Shown one piece after another: positions 1-14,310 of a stretch of 64,000 nt of DNA. Position 1 is the first letter of the stretch. The number at the start of each line of letters is the position of its first letter. This stretch comes from Puccinia triticina. Taxonomy: Eukaryota. A model generated the notes under the pieces. That model saw only the letters and a list, made by a program, of their open reading frames with translations. It ran no database searches and was not told the DNA's origin. Location of the stretch: NCBI GenBank assembly GCA_026914245.1, contig CP110439.1:2294001-2358000 (forward strand), given 5' to 3'. Made by a program: the position numbers and the translations under genes.

Positions 1-717
1 GGTGGTGAGAGCTCAGTGGAGTGGAGGAGATAGTTATTGTCCACGTTGATCGTTTGAGGAGCTGAAGGCCAGCAAAAAAGATAAAATGCAGATTCCGGCT
101 GAGTGTGTGGTGTGCCTGCGGTGACTATGTACATATGTGTAATGTGTATGCATAGGTCTGTCATGTAAATACATACATAGTACGTGCTCCTTTTGCTGGG
201 AAAGTGTTGGCTGTTGGTGGGTTTTTGGGGTTATGTGTGTACAGTGTGATATTTGCTGTATGGGCGTGTGTGATGTCTGGTTATGGGAGGTTTTGTCAGC
301 CCTTTTGACTGGTTTTGGTCACCTCTGACACATGATGATGTACCTGGCAAATTCAGCTGTTGCACGGTTGTACCACACAAAAACCTGTCATGCATCTGTG
401 ACATGACCCAGGCCGCTGTTTTTTTTTGGTGGCGTGCAGGATCAAGCAACCTGTTTGGCTTTCATGACCCGCGCTTGCCCGGGGTGATTCCATGATTTTT
501 TTTTTTTTTTGCTCCAGATCAGTTCAACATGCACGCGCTGACCCTTGTATTTTTTTTTCTTTATGTACTGATACAAGTCAGTCCTGAAAAATTAAACGAG
601 ACAACTAAACCTGAAGACTATTACCGAGTCTATAACCCACATTTGCAGAAATTAATCATAAAATGAGAGCACAGACTCTCCATTTAATACATAGCTTTGT
701 TTGACACGCAGCTAGCT

Positions 718-875
718 TGAGGATGACCGGGATCGGGTCATTGAGGGAACTAAACCCTCTCAATGACCAGTATGTTCCGGTCATTGAGAGGATAAAGCCC
801 TCTTGATGAACAGCACAGTACCGGTCATTGAGACTAGAGGGTTGAGTCCTCCCAATGACCAGTCGATACTGGTCA
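718..875. repeat. Two-hairpin minisatellite (family A, ~46 bp), left part, split by the CACTA insertion
   Basis: Repeated (C/T)(A/T)ATGACC..GGTCATTGAG and GAGG..CCTC palindromic halves; the same pattern resumes at 10896. Confidence 0.8.
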
Positions 876-1489
876 CACTACTAAGATGGATGAATTTGCG
901 ATGTCCTATATTGATCAATTCATATTGATCATTTTTTTTTATTCCTCTTGATACCTATTTGTGTGTGTCATGCCTCCTTAATACTCTTCTATAATTTCTC
1001 TCCTTCCCCCTGTATTTGCTTCAAGCCACAAACATTCATGAATTTCTACATACACCATTCGATTCTTTGTAAAAAAAAAGACATTGCCATTTTGAGGATT
1101 AATCCAGAGTGGCTGAGGGGTCTCAATTTTTTTTTCTTTTTTTTTTTTTACTTCAACAATTGATGTTATCAGAAATCTCCAAATCTACTTTTTTTTCAAA
1201 AAAGGAAAAACATTGACCCCTGACCTCTCTCATGATACCATCCTGCACACATTGTTAATTTGGTTGGTTGAACTTCCTGAAGATATTTCACATCATACTT
1301 GAAGTGCTACATGCATAGAAGGCCTTTTTAAAATTAGTTTACCATGGTTTAGCATATTTTTGTGAGGTTCTTTTTTTTATCTACTTTTCATCAACCACAG
1401 ATTAATGAGGAATATTTTCACATAAAATTTCATCGGACAATTGTTTGGCATATAAAAGCTAGAAATATTGTGTTTGGGTTCACGTCCAT

Positions 1490-4205
1490 CATGCAGCAGC
1501 TACAATCTGATCAGTTGCCAAATATCACTACTTTGGCAGTTTCTTGGTGTTTCTGCCACTATAGTTCATCCCAGGGTGGGAATCCTTCTGCCAAATGGTT
1601 AACAAAAAGTTTAGAGGCCCCCAGAGTTTCATTATGTACCTTTACTGACCACAAAACCTCCAAATGTAGAAGCTACAGTCTGATCAGTTCCGAAATATCA
1701 CCACTTTGGTAGCTTCTTGGTGTTTCTGCCACTATATCTCATCCCAGCGTGGGAATCCTTCTGCCATATGGTTGCCAAAATATTCAGAGGCCCCCAAAGG
1801 TTCATTGTGTACCTTTAATGACCACAAAACCCTCAAATGTAGCAGCTACAGTCTGATCAGTTCCCAAATCTCACTATTTTGGTAGTTCCGTGGTGTTTCT
1901 GCCACTATATCTCTTCCCAGCGTGGGAATCCTTCTGCCATATGGTTACCGAAATATTTAGAGGCCCCCAAAGGTTCATTGTGCACCTTTACTGACCACAA
2001 AACCCCCAAATGTAGCAGCTGCAGTCTGATCAGTTCACAAATATCACCACTTTGGTAGTTTCTTGGTGTTTCTGCCACCAAGGGTGAAAGCGCTGCGCTT
2101 CAAAAAGCGCAGCGCAGCGTGAAGCGCAGCGCTTTTGGTGGCCGCTGCGCTGCGCTGAAAGTAGCGGCCCCGCCCGCTGCGCTACCACTTTTTGGGTCTG
2201 GCAAGAAGCAGGAACCCGCTACTTTCAGCGGTAGCGCAGCGGAACCATCACTGCGCTACCGCTTTTTGACCTGGCCGCGCAGCGCTCCCCCGCTGCCAGC
2301 CAAAAAAGCGCAGCGCAGCGCAAAGCGCAGCTGTTTTGGTGGCCGCTGCGCGGCGCTGAAAGGAGCGGCCCCGTCCGCTGCGCTACCGCTTTTTGGGTTG
2401 GGGAAAAAGCGGGCCCCCGCTATTTTCAGCGGTAGCGCAGCCGGACTGGCGCTGCGCTACCGCTTTTTGGGCTGACCGCGCAGCGGTTCCCCGCTGCGCT
2501 GCGCTAAAAGACCGCTTTTTTGTAGCGCAGCGCAGTGTTTCAGCCTTGCTGCCACTGTATTTCTTCCCAGGGTGGGAATCCTTCTGCCATATGGTTACCA
2601 AAATATTTAGAGTCCCCCAAATTTGAGGTTCATTGTGTACCTTTACTGATCAAAAAACCCCCAAATGTAGCAGCTACAGTCTGATCAGTTCACAAATATC
2701 ACCACTTTGGTAGTTTCTTGGTGTTTCTGCCACTATATCTCATCCCAGCATGGGAATCCTTCTGACGTATGGTTACGAAAATGTTTACAAGCCCCAAAAG
2801 CTTCATTATGTACCTTTACTGGCCACAAAACGCCCAAATGTAGCAGCTACGGTCTGATCAGTTCCCAAATATCACTACTTTGGTAGTTTCTTGGTGTTTC
2901 TGCAACTATATCACATTGCAGCGTCGGAATTCTTCTGGGATATGGTTACCAAAATTTTAACAAGCCCCCCAAACTGAATTATGTACCTTTAATGACCACA
3001 AAACCCCCAAATGTAGCAGCTACAGTCTGATCAGTTTCCAAATATCACTATTTTGGTAGTTCCTTGGTGTTTCTGCCACTATATCTCATCCCAGCTTGGG
3101 AATACTTCTGCCATCCCCCAGAGTTTTATTATGTACCTTTACTGACCACAGAACCTCCAAATGTAGAAGCTACAGTCTGATCAGTTCCCAAATATCACCA
3201 CTTTGGTAGTTTCTTGGTGTTTCTGCCACTATATCTCTTCCCAGCGTGGTAATCCTTCTACCATAGGGTTACCAGAATGTTTACAAGACCCCAAAGATTC
3301 ATTATACACCTTTAATGACCAAAAAACCCCCGAAGGTAGCAGCTACAGTCTGATCAGTTCCCAAATATCACTACCTTGGTAGTTTCTTGGTGTTTCTGCC
3401 ACTATATCTCATCCCAGCGTGGGAATCCTTCTGCCATATGGTTACCAAAATGTTTGAAGGCCCACAAAGATTCATTATGTTCCTTTACTGACCACAAAAC
3501 ACCCAAATGTAGCAGCTACAGTCTGATCAGTCCCCAAATATCACTACTTTGGTAGTTTCTTGGTGTTTCTGCCATTATATCTCATCCCAGCATGAGAACT
3601 CTTCCGTGATATGGGTACGAAAATGTTTACAAGCCCCCAATTTGTTATTATGTACCTTTACTGACCACAAAACCCCCAAATGTGGCAGCTACAGTCTGAT
3701 CAATTTCCAAATACCACTACTTTGGTAGTTTCTTGGTGTTTCTGCAAATATATCACATCCCAGCGTTGGAATTCTTCTGAGATATGGTTACCAAAATGTT
3801 AAAAAGCCCCCCAAACTGAATTATGTACCCTTAATGACCACAAAACCCCCAAATGTAGCAGCTACAGTCTGATCAGTTTCCAAATATTGCTATTTTGGTA
3901 GTTCCTTGGTGTTTCTGCCACTATATCTCATCCCAGCGTGGGAATTCTTCTGCCAAATGGTTACCAAAATGTTAAGGAGCCCCCAAAGATTCATTATGTA
4001 CCTTTACTCACCACCAAAGCCCCACATGTAGCAGCTACAGTCTGATCAGTTCACGAACATCACCTGCAAATTTGTGGCTTCTTGGTGTTTCTACCACTAT
4101 ATCTCATCCCAGGGTGGGAATTCTTCTGCCACATGGTTACCAAAATGTTAACAAGCCCCTAAATTTTCATTACTTACCTTTAATGACCACAAAAGCCCCA
4201 AATGT
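1490..4205 (+). repeat. 173-bp tandem array, left arm (~13 units)
   Basis: GCT(A/G)CAGTCTGATCAG recurs at 1672, 1845 and 2018, a spacing of 173. Confidence 0.92.
2079..2548. mobile_element. GC-rich MITE with 7-bp TSD
   Basis: TIR CAAGG(G/C)TGAAA; CTGCCAC duplicated at 2072-2078 and 2549-2555; internal GCGCAGC repeats. Confidence 0.88.
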
Positions 4206-4805
4206 AATAATGCAGACAAATCCCCACACTACAATGAGATATAGTGGCAGAAACACCAAGGAACTACCAAAGTAGTGATATTTTGAAGCTGATCAGACTG
4301 TAGCTGCTACATTTGTGGGCTTTGTGGCATGTAAAGGTAGATAATAAAACTTTGGGCGCTTGTCAAAATTTTGGTAACCATATGGCAGAAGAATTCCCAC
4401 GCTGGAATGAGATATAGTGGCAGAAACACAAAAACTACCAAAGTAGTGATATTTGGAAGCTGATTAGATTGTAGCTGCTAGATTTTTGAGTTTTGTGGTA
4501 ATGTAACGCTACATAATGAAACTTTGGGGGCTTCTAAACATTCTGGTAACCATATGGCAGAAGGATTGCCACACTGGAATGAGATATAGTGGCAGAAACA
4601 CCAAGAAACTACCAAAGTAGTGATATTTGCGTACTGATCAGACTGTATTTGGGCGTTTTGTGGTCAGTAAAGGTACATAATTAAACTTTGGGGGCTTTTG
4701 AACATTTTGGTAACCATATGGCAGAAGGATCCCCACGCTGGGATGAGATATAGTGGCAGAAACACCAAGAAACTACCAAAGTAGTGATATTTGGGAACTT
4801 ATCAG

Positions 4806-7800
4806 CAACACCGGGTAGCTACGTTACCAGTAACGCTAACGTATTGATAACGTATCAATTGGAGGCGCGTTACTCTGGCCGTTACCACTAACGGCCGCAC
4901 GTTAACGTTAGTTGTATTTTTTCATATTTTTATATTAGTGCCGTTGCGTTATTTTTATTGGGAAGGATTTCCATATTATGTTAGGTTAAAATAACGGGCT
5001 GACGGCCCGTTAAATGTTGTTTGTAGCGAAATCTGTATTACAAAGGCATAAAACAGGCATATCACAGAACATTCTTGCTTTTTGGCACAGGCACCAATGA
5101 TTTCAAAGCTTTGCCGGCCTCCTCAAAATCGCCGGTGAGAGGAACCTGTTCCCGCAGCCACATCATACTGCTCACGCAGTGAGACATGGTTGATGGGAGT
5201 AAGCCACCCCTCCTACTGCTGCAGACGTTGGAAGCAGCAGAGAACAGTCTTTCTACTGCACATGAGCTCCCAGATACCCCCAAATACGCGCGTGCCATCC
5301 GAGAGAGAGTTGGATAGGTGGTGCAGTGGTCTCTCCACCACCTCAATGGAGAGGCCTTATTGTTGATTGACTTGCTAGTGAAGGAAAGTTTGGCTTTGAG
5401 GAAAGCTTCAATTTCGTCGTCCTGCGCAGTTGATTTCTGGGTTATACGTGATGCAAGTCGAGCCATGAGAGAGTCTGGCTCCGCCGCTGCTGGGTTTTCA
5501 ATGGGTGCGATCTCAGATGGTTCCTCTGAAGCTGATCCAACAACTGGTTTGGCCTTGTAGTCCAGGAAACGGCGGTTCAGTAGTGCAAGGCACTCCTTGA
5601 CTTCCCTACTTTCAACTCCAAATACGAGCTCGAAGATATGCATACGGTAGCATGGATGAATAATGGTGGCAATGAGCAGTGTCTCACACTGAATAGCTTC
5701 GTTCAAGTACTTCTCAACTCGCGCCTGCATGGCATGGTACATCGGATACAGTGGATCCGTCTCTTGCGCGCGATCTATCTTCCCAGTGAGCTGCTCCTTA
5801 AGCTCCAAGTATTTGGGGATGACGTGCGCTCCGGTGGCCTGATTGCCCTCCATTTGAGCTGTGAGTTGTACAAAAACCTGTTAATGTTGGTCAGTGAGAG
5901 TGCAATGAATCATCTCATGTAGTGAATAACACATCTCAAGCTTGCGACTCAACTTGTCAATCAAGTACCAATCTTGAGGAGAAAAAAGGACATTGTTGAA
6001 TACACCAGTCTGGTCCTGTCCTTGATCTTCCTTGAGGAGTTCGTCTATAACTTCTCGAGCTTCGATTGCCTTCTTGTGGCTTTTGTATTTTACATTCCAG
6101 CGAATGCCGTAACCGGCAATCAACGGTGCAACCTTTGCACCCAACTTCTCGGCCATGCAATTGAAACTTGCTCGCTGAGCTGCAGAGCGGGTGATTTGTT
6201 TAATTACAACGTCCAGCTTAGTTGTGAGCTCGTGAAGTTTGGTAGTGTTAACATGTTTTGCTGATTTGTTTGATGTGACTGGTTCTTTGTCTGAATCAAC
6301 GTCAGGAGCCATTTTAGTGTTGAGAGCTGAAGCTGGCGCCGTGTTGGTATCAGAGAGCTCATCATCTGCGTTTCCGTAGTCACTTTGAGAAGCACAATCA
6401 TCATCCAACGGAGTTTCAATGGTCTTTGGGTCTGAAGAAACCCCTGAGGCTGAGCTAGTTGGGGTTACAGCCGCATCCTCGTCTTCCTCTACAAGTCTCC
6501 CTAGAACGGGGAAAAAGCCGAGTACTGACTCCTTGGCTTTTGCTGGAGGCAGTGTTTTCAGCGAGAGAGATGCCAAGCCAGCATTTACTATCAATGCCAG
6601 CTTGTGACAGAAGCACCGGATGTGCATAGTCATCGGATCCCATCTGTCCGTCTCCGGTGGCTCATTATCGTAAATTAAACTGTACATCTTGCTAGCCATA
6701 GTATTATTGTTAGAACCGGAGTCCGTAGTCTGCGCCAACATCTTCCGGAAAAGTTTTTTCTTTGCAAGGAGGCTTGCAATTGGACGCGCGAGTAAATGTC
6801 CCAGATGTTTCCATGGAATCATCTTGAGAGTTAAGTGGCGGACCGTGTACTCCCAGTCTGAATTGATGTAAGCCACCGAGGCCCCAATGAATGCAAATCG
6901 ATTCCCCTTTGTTGTCCATACATCATGGATGAGGGTGAACTTGGTGTCAAGGTTCTGCAAAATGAAATGTTAGTATCAAAAAACAAAAAAACATAACAAA
7001 GAAACCACGGCGTACATTCAACTCGTCAAATACATTCTTTTTGAGCATCAAGTAGAGTTTTTTTGACTCATCAGCGGACCATCTTTGGGCATACAAAACA
7101 GCCTTGTGGTTTGCATACTGGAAAGCCGCGCGAAGGTAAGGATCCTCAATCCGAGTCCACGGGAGGGCCTGGCGGATCTGCCAAATCATGATGAGTTGAT
7201 TGAGAACTCGATTGACAAACGCTGGCTTGGTCTGAAGAAACCCGCTGATGACAGTTTTTTTACTATCACCACCACCATTGGCTTCGGCAAGATTGCGTTC
7301 AGCTACTGAGGGAGGCAATTTGGCACCGCTAGCCTTTGCTTTATCTTGGTTGGGGCACCCGCGGCTTCTGTTCTCCGACTGTGTTGAACCATCACAATGG
7401 ACCTTTAAATTCGAGGTCGATGTCTTGTGCGCACGACAGATATTTTCACACCATTTACATTTGTAGTTGATCTGTGTGTTGGGTTTGTCTCCTTTTTTCC
7501 AATAAGGTTCTTCAAAGAATTCAAAGATTGTATCAAACTCCTGTTCCTTTTTTTTCTTAGCTTCCCTAGGCTGGATTTCAATCAAGTTGTCGCTTTCCTG
7601 ACTATAGTCATAGTCTTGCCCGTTCGCGTTGGCCTAATCAAAAGATAGAATAATTACCATCAAGAAACATCCAATCAGTATCCATCAAATTTAAGCATCT
7701 CAAGTGCTTATATGCGCACTTTTTTCGGATGATTTCTTTGACTTGGTCTTCTTTTCTCTAACAATAGCGGGAACCTGAGCTGCTTCAGTTGCGGAGGACT

Positions 7801-8511
7801 CGTCCTCTATGATCCGTTTTTTCTTGGCCCTTGATTTGGCTGGAGCGGCGGACCGAGCAGATTCTGAAGAAGGAGCGGCCGGAGCTTTGGCGGTTTTGCT
7901 CAAGCTGACACGGGAGTCGGGAGCTGTGGCAACCATGTTTGGTTCCACAACTGCGGATGAAGCTCTGGTCGAGCGGCGGGGTTGAGATTGGTCGGTCGCA
8001 TATCCACTGGCAATGGCGTCCGGATCTTGAGTGCCCTTCTGTGGCGGGTTTTTTGATGGCATTTTTTAATTGGTAGGTTACTGCCGAACAAGTTATTTCA
8101 AAGAAATAATATTTGATTGACTGGAATGGAAAGTCTGGCGAACTGGAAGCAGCAAGAAAGAGGGAACAGCCCTGTTGTGTCAAAAAAAAAACCCAGGGGT
8201 GAACACAGTTGTACTGTCGGATTTCGCGAAATCCGACAGTACAAATGTATTGGTCCTGCGCCCCTGTGGTATCAAACAAATTAGTACGAGACCTTGCGCA
8301 GGGGTTCAAACACGTTAACAGTCGTTATTGCGCGTTAGGTGGCGCTACGTTAGCAAGAACTAAGAAATACAACAATTATTATTCGCTACGTTAAAGAACA
8401 GTAAGGAATCTAGTCGTTACAGATAGCGATAACGACGGTCCTCCATAACGAAAGTAGTTGCAATAAGAAATTACGCTCAATAACGTAACGTATCGTAACT
8501 ACCCGGTGTTG
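4806..8511 (-). mobile_element. hAT transposon with 7-bp TSD
   Basis: TIR CAACACCGGGTAG(C/T)TACG; TTATCAG at 4799-4805 and 8512-8518; transposase inside. Confidence 0.93.
5062..8062 (-). pseudogene. hAT transposase, 4 exons, nearly intact but probably inactivated
   Basis: BED-like YKCKWC..NLKVH, LIHDVWTT, CFCHKLAL, IRWN and SSCAVERLFS motifs. The third intron donor reads AT instead of GT near 5934, and the first intron has a possible phase error. Confidence 0.85.
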
Positions 8512-10895
8512 TTATCAGACTGTAGCTGCTACATTTGGGGGTTTTGTGGTCAGAAAAGGTACAAAATGAAACTTTGGGGGCTTTTGAACATTTTGGTAAC
8601 CATATTGCAGAAGGATTCCCACGCTGGGATGAGATGTAGTGGCAGAAACACCAAGAAACTACCAAAGTAGTGATATTTGGGAACTGATCAGACTGTAGCT
8701 GCTAAATTTGGAGGTTTTGTGGTCAGTAAAGGTAAATAATGAATCTTTGGGGGCCTGTCAACATTATGGTAACAATCTGGCGGAAGGATTCCCTCACTGG
8801 GATGAGATATAGTGGCAGAAACACCAAGAAACTACCAAGGTAGTGATATTTGGGAACTGATCAGACTGTAGCTACTACATTTGGGGGTTTTGTGGTCAAT
8901 AAAGGTACATACTGAATCTTTGGGGGCTTTTAGAAAAATTGGTAACCATCTGGCAGAAGGATTCCCACACTGGGATGAGATAAAGTTTCAGAAACACCAA
9001 GAAACTACCAAGGTAGTGATATTTGGGAACTGATCAGACTGTAGCTGCTACATTTGGGGGTTTTGTGGTCCTTAAAGGTACATAATAAATCTTTGGGGGC
9101 TTCCAAACATTTTGGTAACCACATGGCAGAAGGATTACCATGCTGGGATGAACAATAGTGGCAGAAACACCAAGAAACTACCAAAGTAGTGATATGCGGG
9201 AACTGATAAGTCTGTAGCTGCCACATTTGAGGGTTTTGTGGTCAGTACAGGTACATAATGAATCTTTTGGAGCTTTTCAACATTTTGATAACCATATGGC
9301 AGAAAAATTCCCACCCTGGGATGAGATATAGTGGCAGAAACACCAAGAAGCTACCAAAGTAGTGATATTCGGGAACTTATAAGACTGTACCTGCCACATT
9401 TGGGGGTTTTGTGGTCAGTGAAGGTACATACTGAAAATTTGTGGGCTTTTTAACATTTTGGTAACCATCTGGCAGAAGGATTCCCACGCTGGGATAAGAT
9501 ATAGTGGCAGAAACACCAAGAAACTACCAAGGTAGTGATATTTGGGAACTGATCAGACTGTAGCTGCTACATTTGGGGTTTTTGTGGTCAGTAAAGGTAC
9601 ATAATGAATCTTTGGTGGCTTTTTAAAACTATGGTAACCATATGGCAAAGGGATCCCCACGCTGGGATGAGATATAGTGGCAGAAACACCAAGAAACTAC
9701 CAAAGTAGTGGTTTTTGGGAATTGATAAGACTGTAGCTGCCACATTTGGGGTTTTTGTGGTCAGTAAAGGTACATACTGCAACGCTGTGGGCTTTTTATC
9801 ATTTTGGTAACCATCTGGAAGAATGATTCCCATGCTGGGATGAGATATAGTGGCAGAAACACCAAGAAGCTACCAAAGTAGTGATATTTGGGAACTGATC
9901 AGATTGTAGCTGCTACACTTGGCCGTTTTTTGATCAGTAAAGGTACATAATGAATCTTTGGGGGCTTGTAAACAATTTGGTAACCATAGGCAGAAGGATC
10001 CCCACGCTGGGATGAGATATAGTGGCAGAAACACCAAGAAACTACCAAAGTAGTGATATTTGGGAACTGATCAGACTGTTGCTGCTACATTTGGGGGTTT
10101 TTGGTCATTAAAGGTACATAATGAATCTTTGGGGTTTTTTCAACACTATGGTAACAATATCTTGGAAGAATTCCCACGCTGGGGAAGAGATATAGTGGAA
10201 GAAACACCAAGAAACTACCAAAGTAGTGATATTTGGAAACTGATCAGATTGTAGCTGCTGCATAATGGATGTGACCCCAAACACAATATTTCTAGCTTTT
10301 ATATGCCAAAAAATTGTCCGATGAAATTTTATGTGGAAATATTCCTCATTAATCTGTGGTTGACCACAAAAGTAGATAAAAAAAAAGAACCTGACAAAAA
10401 TATGCTCAACCATGGTAAACTAATTTCCAAAAGGCCTTCTATGCATGTAGCACTTCAAGTATGATGTGCAATATCTTCAGGAAGTTCAACCAAACAAATT
10501 AAAAATGTGTGCAGGATGGTATCATGAGAGAGGTCAGGGGTCAATGTTTCTCCTTTTTTGAAAAAAAGTAGATTTGGAGACTTCTGATAACATCAATTGT
10601 TGAAGTAAAAAAAAAAAAAAAAATTGAGACCCCTCAGCCACTCTGGATTAATCCTAAAACTTGCAATGTATTTTTTTCATGAAGGATTGAATGGTGTATG
10701 TAGAAATTTATGAATGTTATCAGACAAAAAAAAGATTCCTGTGGCTTGAAGCAAATACAGGGGGAAGGGGGGAGATTATAGAAGAGTATTAAGGAGACAT
10801 GGAACACAGACAAAGGTATCAAGAGGAATAAAAAAAAGATCAATATAAATTGATCAATATACGACATCACAAATTCATCCATCTTGGTAGTGTCA

Positions 10896-11060
10896 TTGGG
10901 AGTGTCAAGTCCCCTCGATGACCGGCACAGACCGGTCATTGAGAGGGTTGTATACTCTCAATGGCCAGTCTGTACTGGCCATTAAGTGTCAAGTCTCCTC
11001 AATGACCAGCACAGACCGGTCATCAAGAGGTTGTACATATCTCTTCAATGACCGGTATCC
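10896..11060. repeat. Two-hairpin minisatellite (family A), right part
   Basis: CTCGATGACCGG..CCGGTCATTGAG units continuing 718-875. Confidence 0.8.
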
Positions 11061-12166
11061 AGGGTGTTGTATATACAGCTATATCAGAAAAGTTTGCGGT
11101 CCCTCCCGTTTTTTTTTTTTCTTTTCTTTTTTTCCGCTTCCCCCACTCCCCGAATTTTGTTTCACCCACTGAAGATCCTCGGGGAACAGTGGCTCCCCCG
11201 CCTGCTATATCCAATCGGCCCAGCTAGTCACACCTCAACCATCTCCGCATCGTCGAAACGCTCATCAAAACCATTGAATACCACAAAATATTGGACAAAA
11301 CATGGCAGAAAGTTTTTCTTCCTTTTCCCTCCGTTGTGTGACTGATTGGGTTGTCTGCCAATATTAATATTCTTTTGGGTTCCTAGACTACTTCAGCCAA
11401 CAAAATAGTGACTGTCACTGGATCAAAGCCGCATTTGAGGAAGATTGCCACTCCAAAAAACCATTGGAATCTGGAGAAAACACCTTTCAACATTGGTCCA
11501 AATTTGTAGAACACAGCTCCGTCCAACAGCGCTCGTTTTTCACATTGACCAATCCTGTCCCTCCTTTTACAACCCCAGGGGCCGGGTTCGGGCGGCCTGT
11601 TGGACACCCGGCCCAATCGTCAACCCTACTTATGCTGACAAGGAGCAAAAAAAAAATCAGAAATGTTGTTCTATGAAAAGTGTACAAAAAAGAAAGTGAA
11701 AACAGGCATAAAAAATCCATTCTTGGTGCACCAGATTCAGAATGGGGAGGTATGGTATAAGTCCCTCCTGATGGAGGCTTGCTTTGCAAGTTCAGCCTGA
11801 CCCCCGGGGGCCCAAAGTCTTGAGGGAATTTGTTAAGTTTTTGTTGGATTCCAGGTCCCAATGGAGCCTCACCCAGTTCCGCCAGCCAGGGCATCACCGT
11901 AGGTCACCTGCACCTGCCAACATACCAGTTGTTCCCAGTTGTTCCACACCAACCAAGCAGGCATGAAGTGTATTCAAAGGAGAGGCTCACCTCCAATGTC
12001 ACATCATTGGTCCCACAGACTCAAGTTTCTCTTGTAAAAAAAGTATATTTTTCTTGAAGATGATTTAAAGTGTAGTTTTTGGTTTAAAAGAAAACAGACT
12101 TGTAGCCTGCTATCTCAGCTTTCATTCCTTGTTTTTTTAGCTTATTGCCCCTCATAATTACTAGCC

Positions 12167-12511
12167 CAATCCACATAATCTGACTGGTTCTGAAGGGGTC
12201 TTCCAGGCATTTGGAGCTCAAAATTTGAAATTACCTGAACTTGTGCAGGCTCAAAGGGGGCAAATTGGTCACAGCAACCCATGTAACAACATTTACAGGA
12301 TGTTTCTTGCCAGGGGGGATGGATATTGAGAAGCTTGAAATGGGTGAAATATTCATCCCCCTGGCAAGAATCATCCTGTAAATGTTGCTACATGGTGGGT
12401 TTCTGTAACTAATCCGCCTCCTTTGAGCCCGCGCAAGCTCAGGGAATTTCAAATTTTGAGCTCAAAAATGCCTGGAAGACCCCTTCAGAACCACTCAGAG
12501 TAGGTGAATTC
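12167..12511. mobile_element. MITE-like element with ~95-bp imperfect inverted ends
   Basis: GGTTCTGAAGGGGTCTTCCAGGCATTT..GAGCTCAAAATTTGAAATT is mirrored at 12440-12495. A TAGCC duplication is possible; boundaries are uncertain. Confidence 0.65.
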
Positions 12512-14310
12512 TAGCCTAACTAAGCCTCTCAAACGGAGGAGGGCACCCCCCGTGCCGCAGGGACTCTCTGTAGGAGAGGCTTATGACTAATGTCGTAAAT
12601 TTGGCCTGAGAGTTCTGGGCTTTTGTTTTTCAACACTTTTCTTTTCTTTCACCCCTCACACAACAAAAACCATCCCAGACCAGGTGAAGCAGTGAAGGGC
12701 ATGAATAGCAAAACATCTTGGCTTCCAGATCCTGTCCTCAAAGTGAAAATGGGTCACATGAGCTGGATTGGGCAAGACATCTTAACAAGAGCCTGGTTGA
12801 TGGGGGATTCCTCACATGCCATATGCTTTCAGCCATAACTTTGGGTAAATGTGGTAGTATGCATTTCCAGTGTGCATATTACCACTTGCCAAAAGTTTGG
12901 TTGACATTATAATGTAAGCCACCCATAAGTATATGTCAAGCTAATATACATACATGCATAACGTACAGGTTGACAAACCTTCAAAACCAAAAGTTTGACA
13001 AAGTGTGGAAAGAGAAGGGTTGGGCCCTCATGGATGGGTGTAGCATCAAAAGATGGGGATTAACCAGAGGATTCTCATGGTCCAAAAGGCATCCAAAAGG
13101 CCCTTTGGCAACAGGGTCAAAATTGAAATGGCACAAAACCCCCACCAAAAGGCCTCAAACCCTCGGGCCAAAAAGTGGAAATTAGTCCCAAGTCCCTCCT
13201 TCAGAGGTTGCACTTTGCACCAGCCCAGGCTATACCAGGGCTCTCTGATGTTGGGGACTTGTGTTAAGTTAGAGGAGAATTGGGCTAGTAATTATGAGGG
13301 GCAGTAAGCTAAAAAAACAAGGAATGAAAGCTGAGATAGCAGGCTTATACAAGTCTGTCTGCTCTGGGTTGTTTTTTCTTGAAAACCACAAACTACACTT
13401 AAATCATTTGCATAAAATATATACTGTTTTTTACAAGAAATACTCAAGTCTGTAAGACCAATGGTGTGACATTGATGATTGGAGGTAAGCATCTCCAAAG
13501 GAGAGACTTAGTTAAGCTTGGCCGGAGAACTGGTGGACCGCTGAGTCACCTGTGTCCCCTCTGAATATGACATAAGGGTCCAGTAGGGATGAAAGTGGGT
13601 TGGGTCGACCCGGCAGGTACCCAACCCGTGTCGGGTCTGGGGCCGGGTTCAGGTTGGCCTTTGTCTCAAAAATCAATTTTTGAACCAACCCGCCTCAGAC
13701 CCGCTAGATTTTTGGGTCGGGTTTGGGCAGCCATTTTGGCTGTTGGGTCGACCCGCCAACCCAATTAGAGAACCGCGCAGCAGGCGGGTACCCATGTAAC
13801 AACCAGTGGCCCCGCGCTCCCAGGCTAAATCAATTGCGCCGTGCTCCCATTGGGCCGCCAATAACTAGTTCTTGGGGCCGTCAGCACTGAATTTACCTAC
13901 TCAGGCTCTCAGCTACCAGCCTGTTACTGCACGACTTCACTTTTCTCATCCACATGCACATCCCGCTCTGATATTATTTACAAACAGCTGTCCATGGGTA
14001 GGCAGATGTGTGGGGGCCTACAATTACAACTCCTGTCAGTCTACAAGAGTTAGCTCTTTTGCTCCAAACCAAACTGATGGGCCAATCACAGTTTTGAATT
14101 TCCTGCAATGGTTGTTCATGTAATTTGTCATGGGCTTTAAATGTGCGAGCTGAGAGGCATGGAGGAAGGGGGCTAAGGCAAGGGAGGGATGGCAAAGTTG
14201 GTGGAAAGTGCAGCACGGGAGGTGCTTTCAGCAGCAATAATCACAGGGGTGTTTGCGCTGTTTATCAGCTTGCTGTTGGTTACCCGTTTACATCTGCTCA
14301 TCCACCGCCT

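Larger units (their letters stand above)
4232..10262 (-). repeat. 173-bp tandem array, right arm in inverted orientation (~13 units), interrupted by a hAT
   Basis: Reverse complement of the left-arm unit (GATCAGACTGTAGCTGCTACATTTGG). Confidence 0.92.
876..10892. mobile_element. Non-autonomous foldback CACTA element
   Basis: Starts CACTACTAAGATGG at 876 and ends CCATCTTGGTAGTG at 10892, with 3-bp TSD TCA (873-875, 10893-10895). Segment 876-~1490 is the reverse complement of ~10262-10892, and the internal arrays are mirror images. Confidence 0.92.

Noticed and set aside
1..717. Short ORFs at the window start
   Set aside because: They show no motif or splice structure that I can support.
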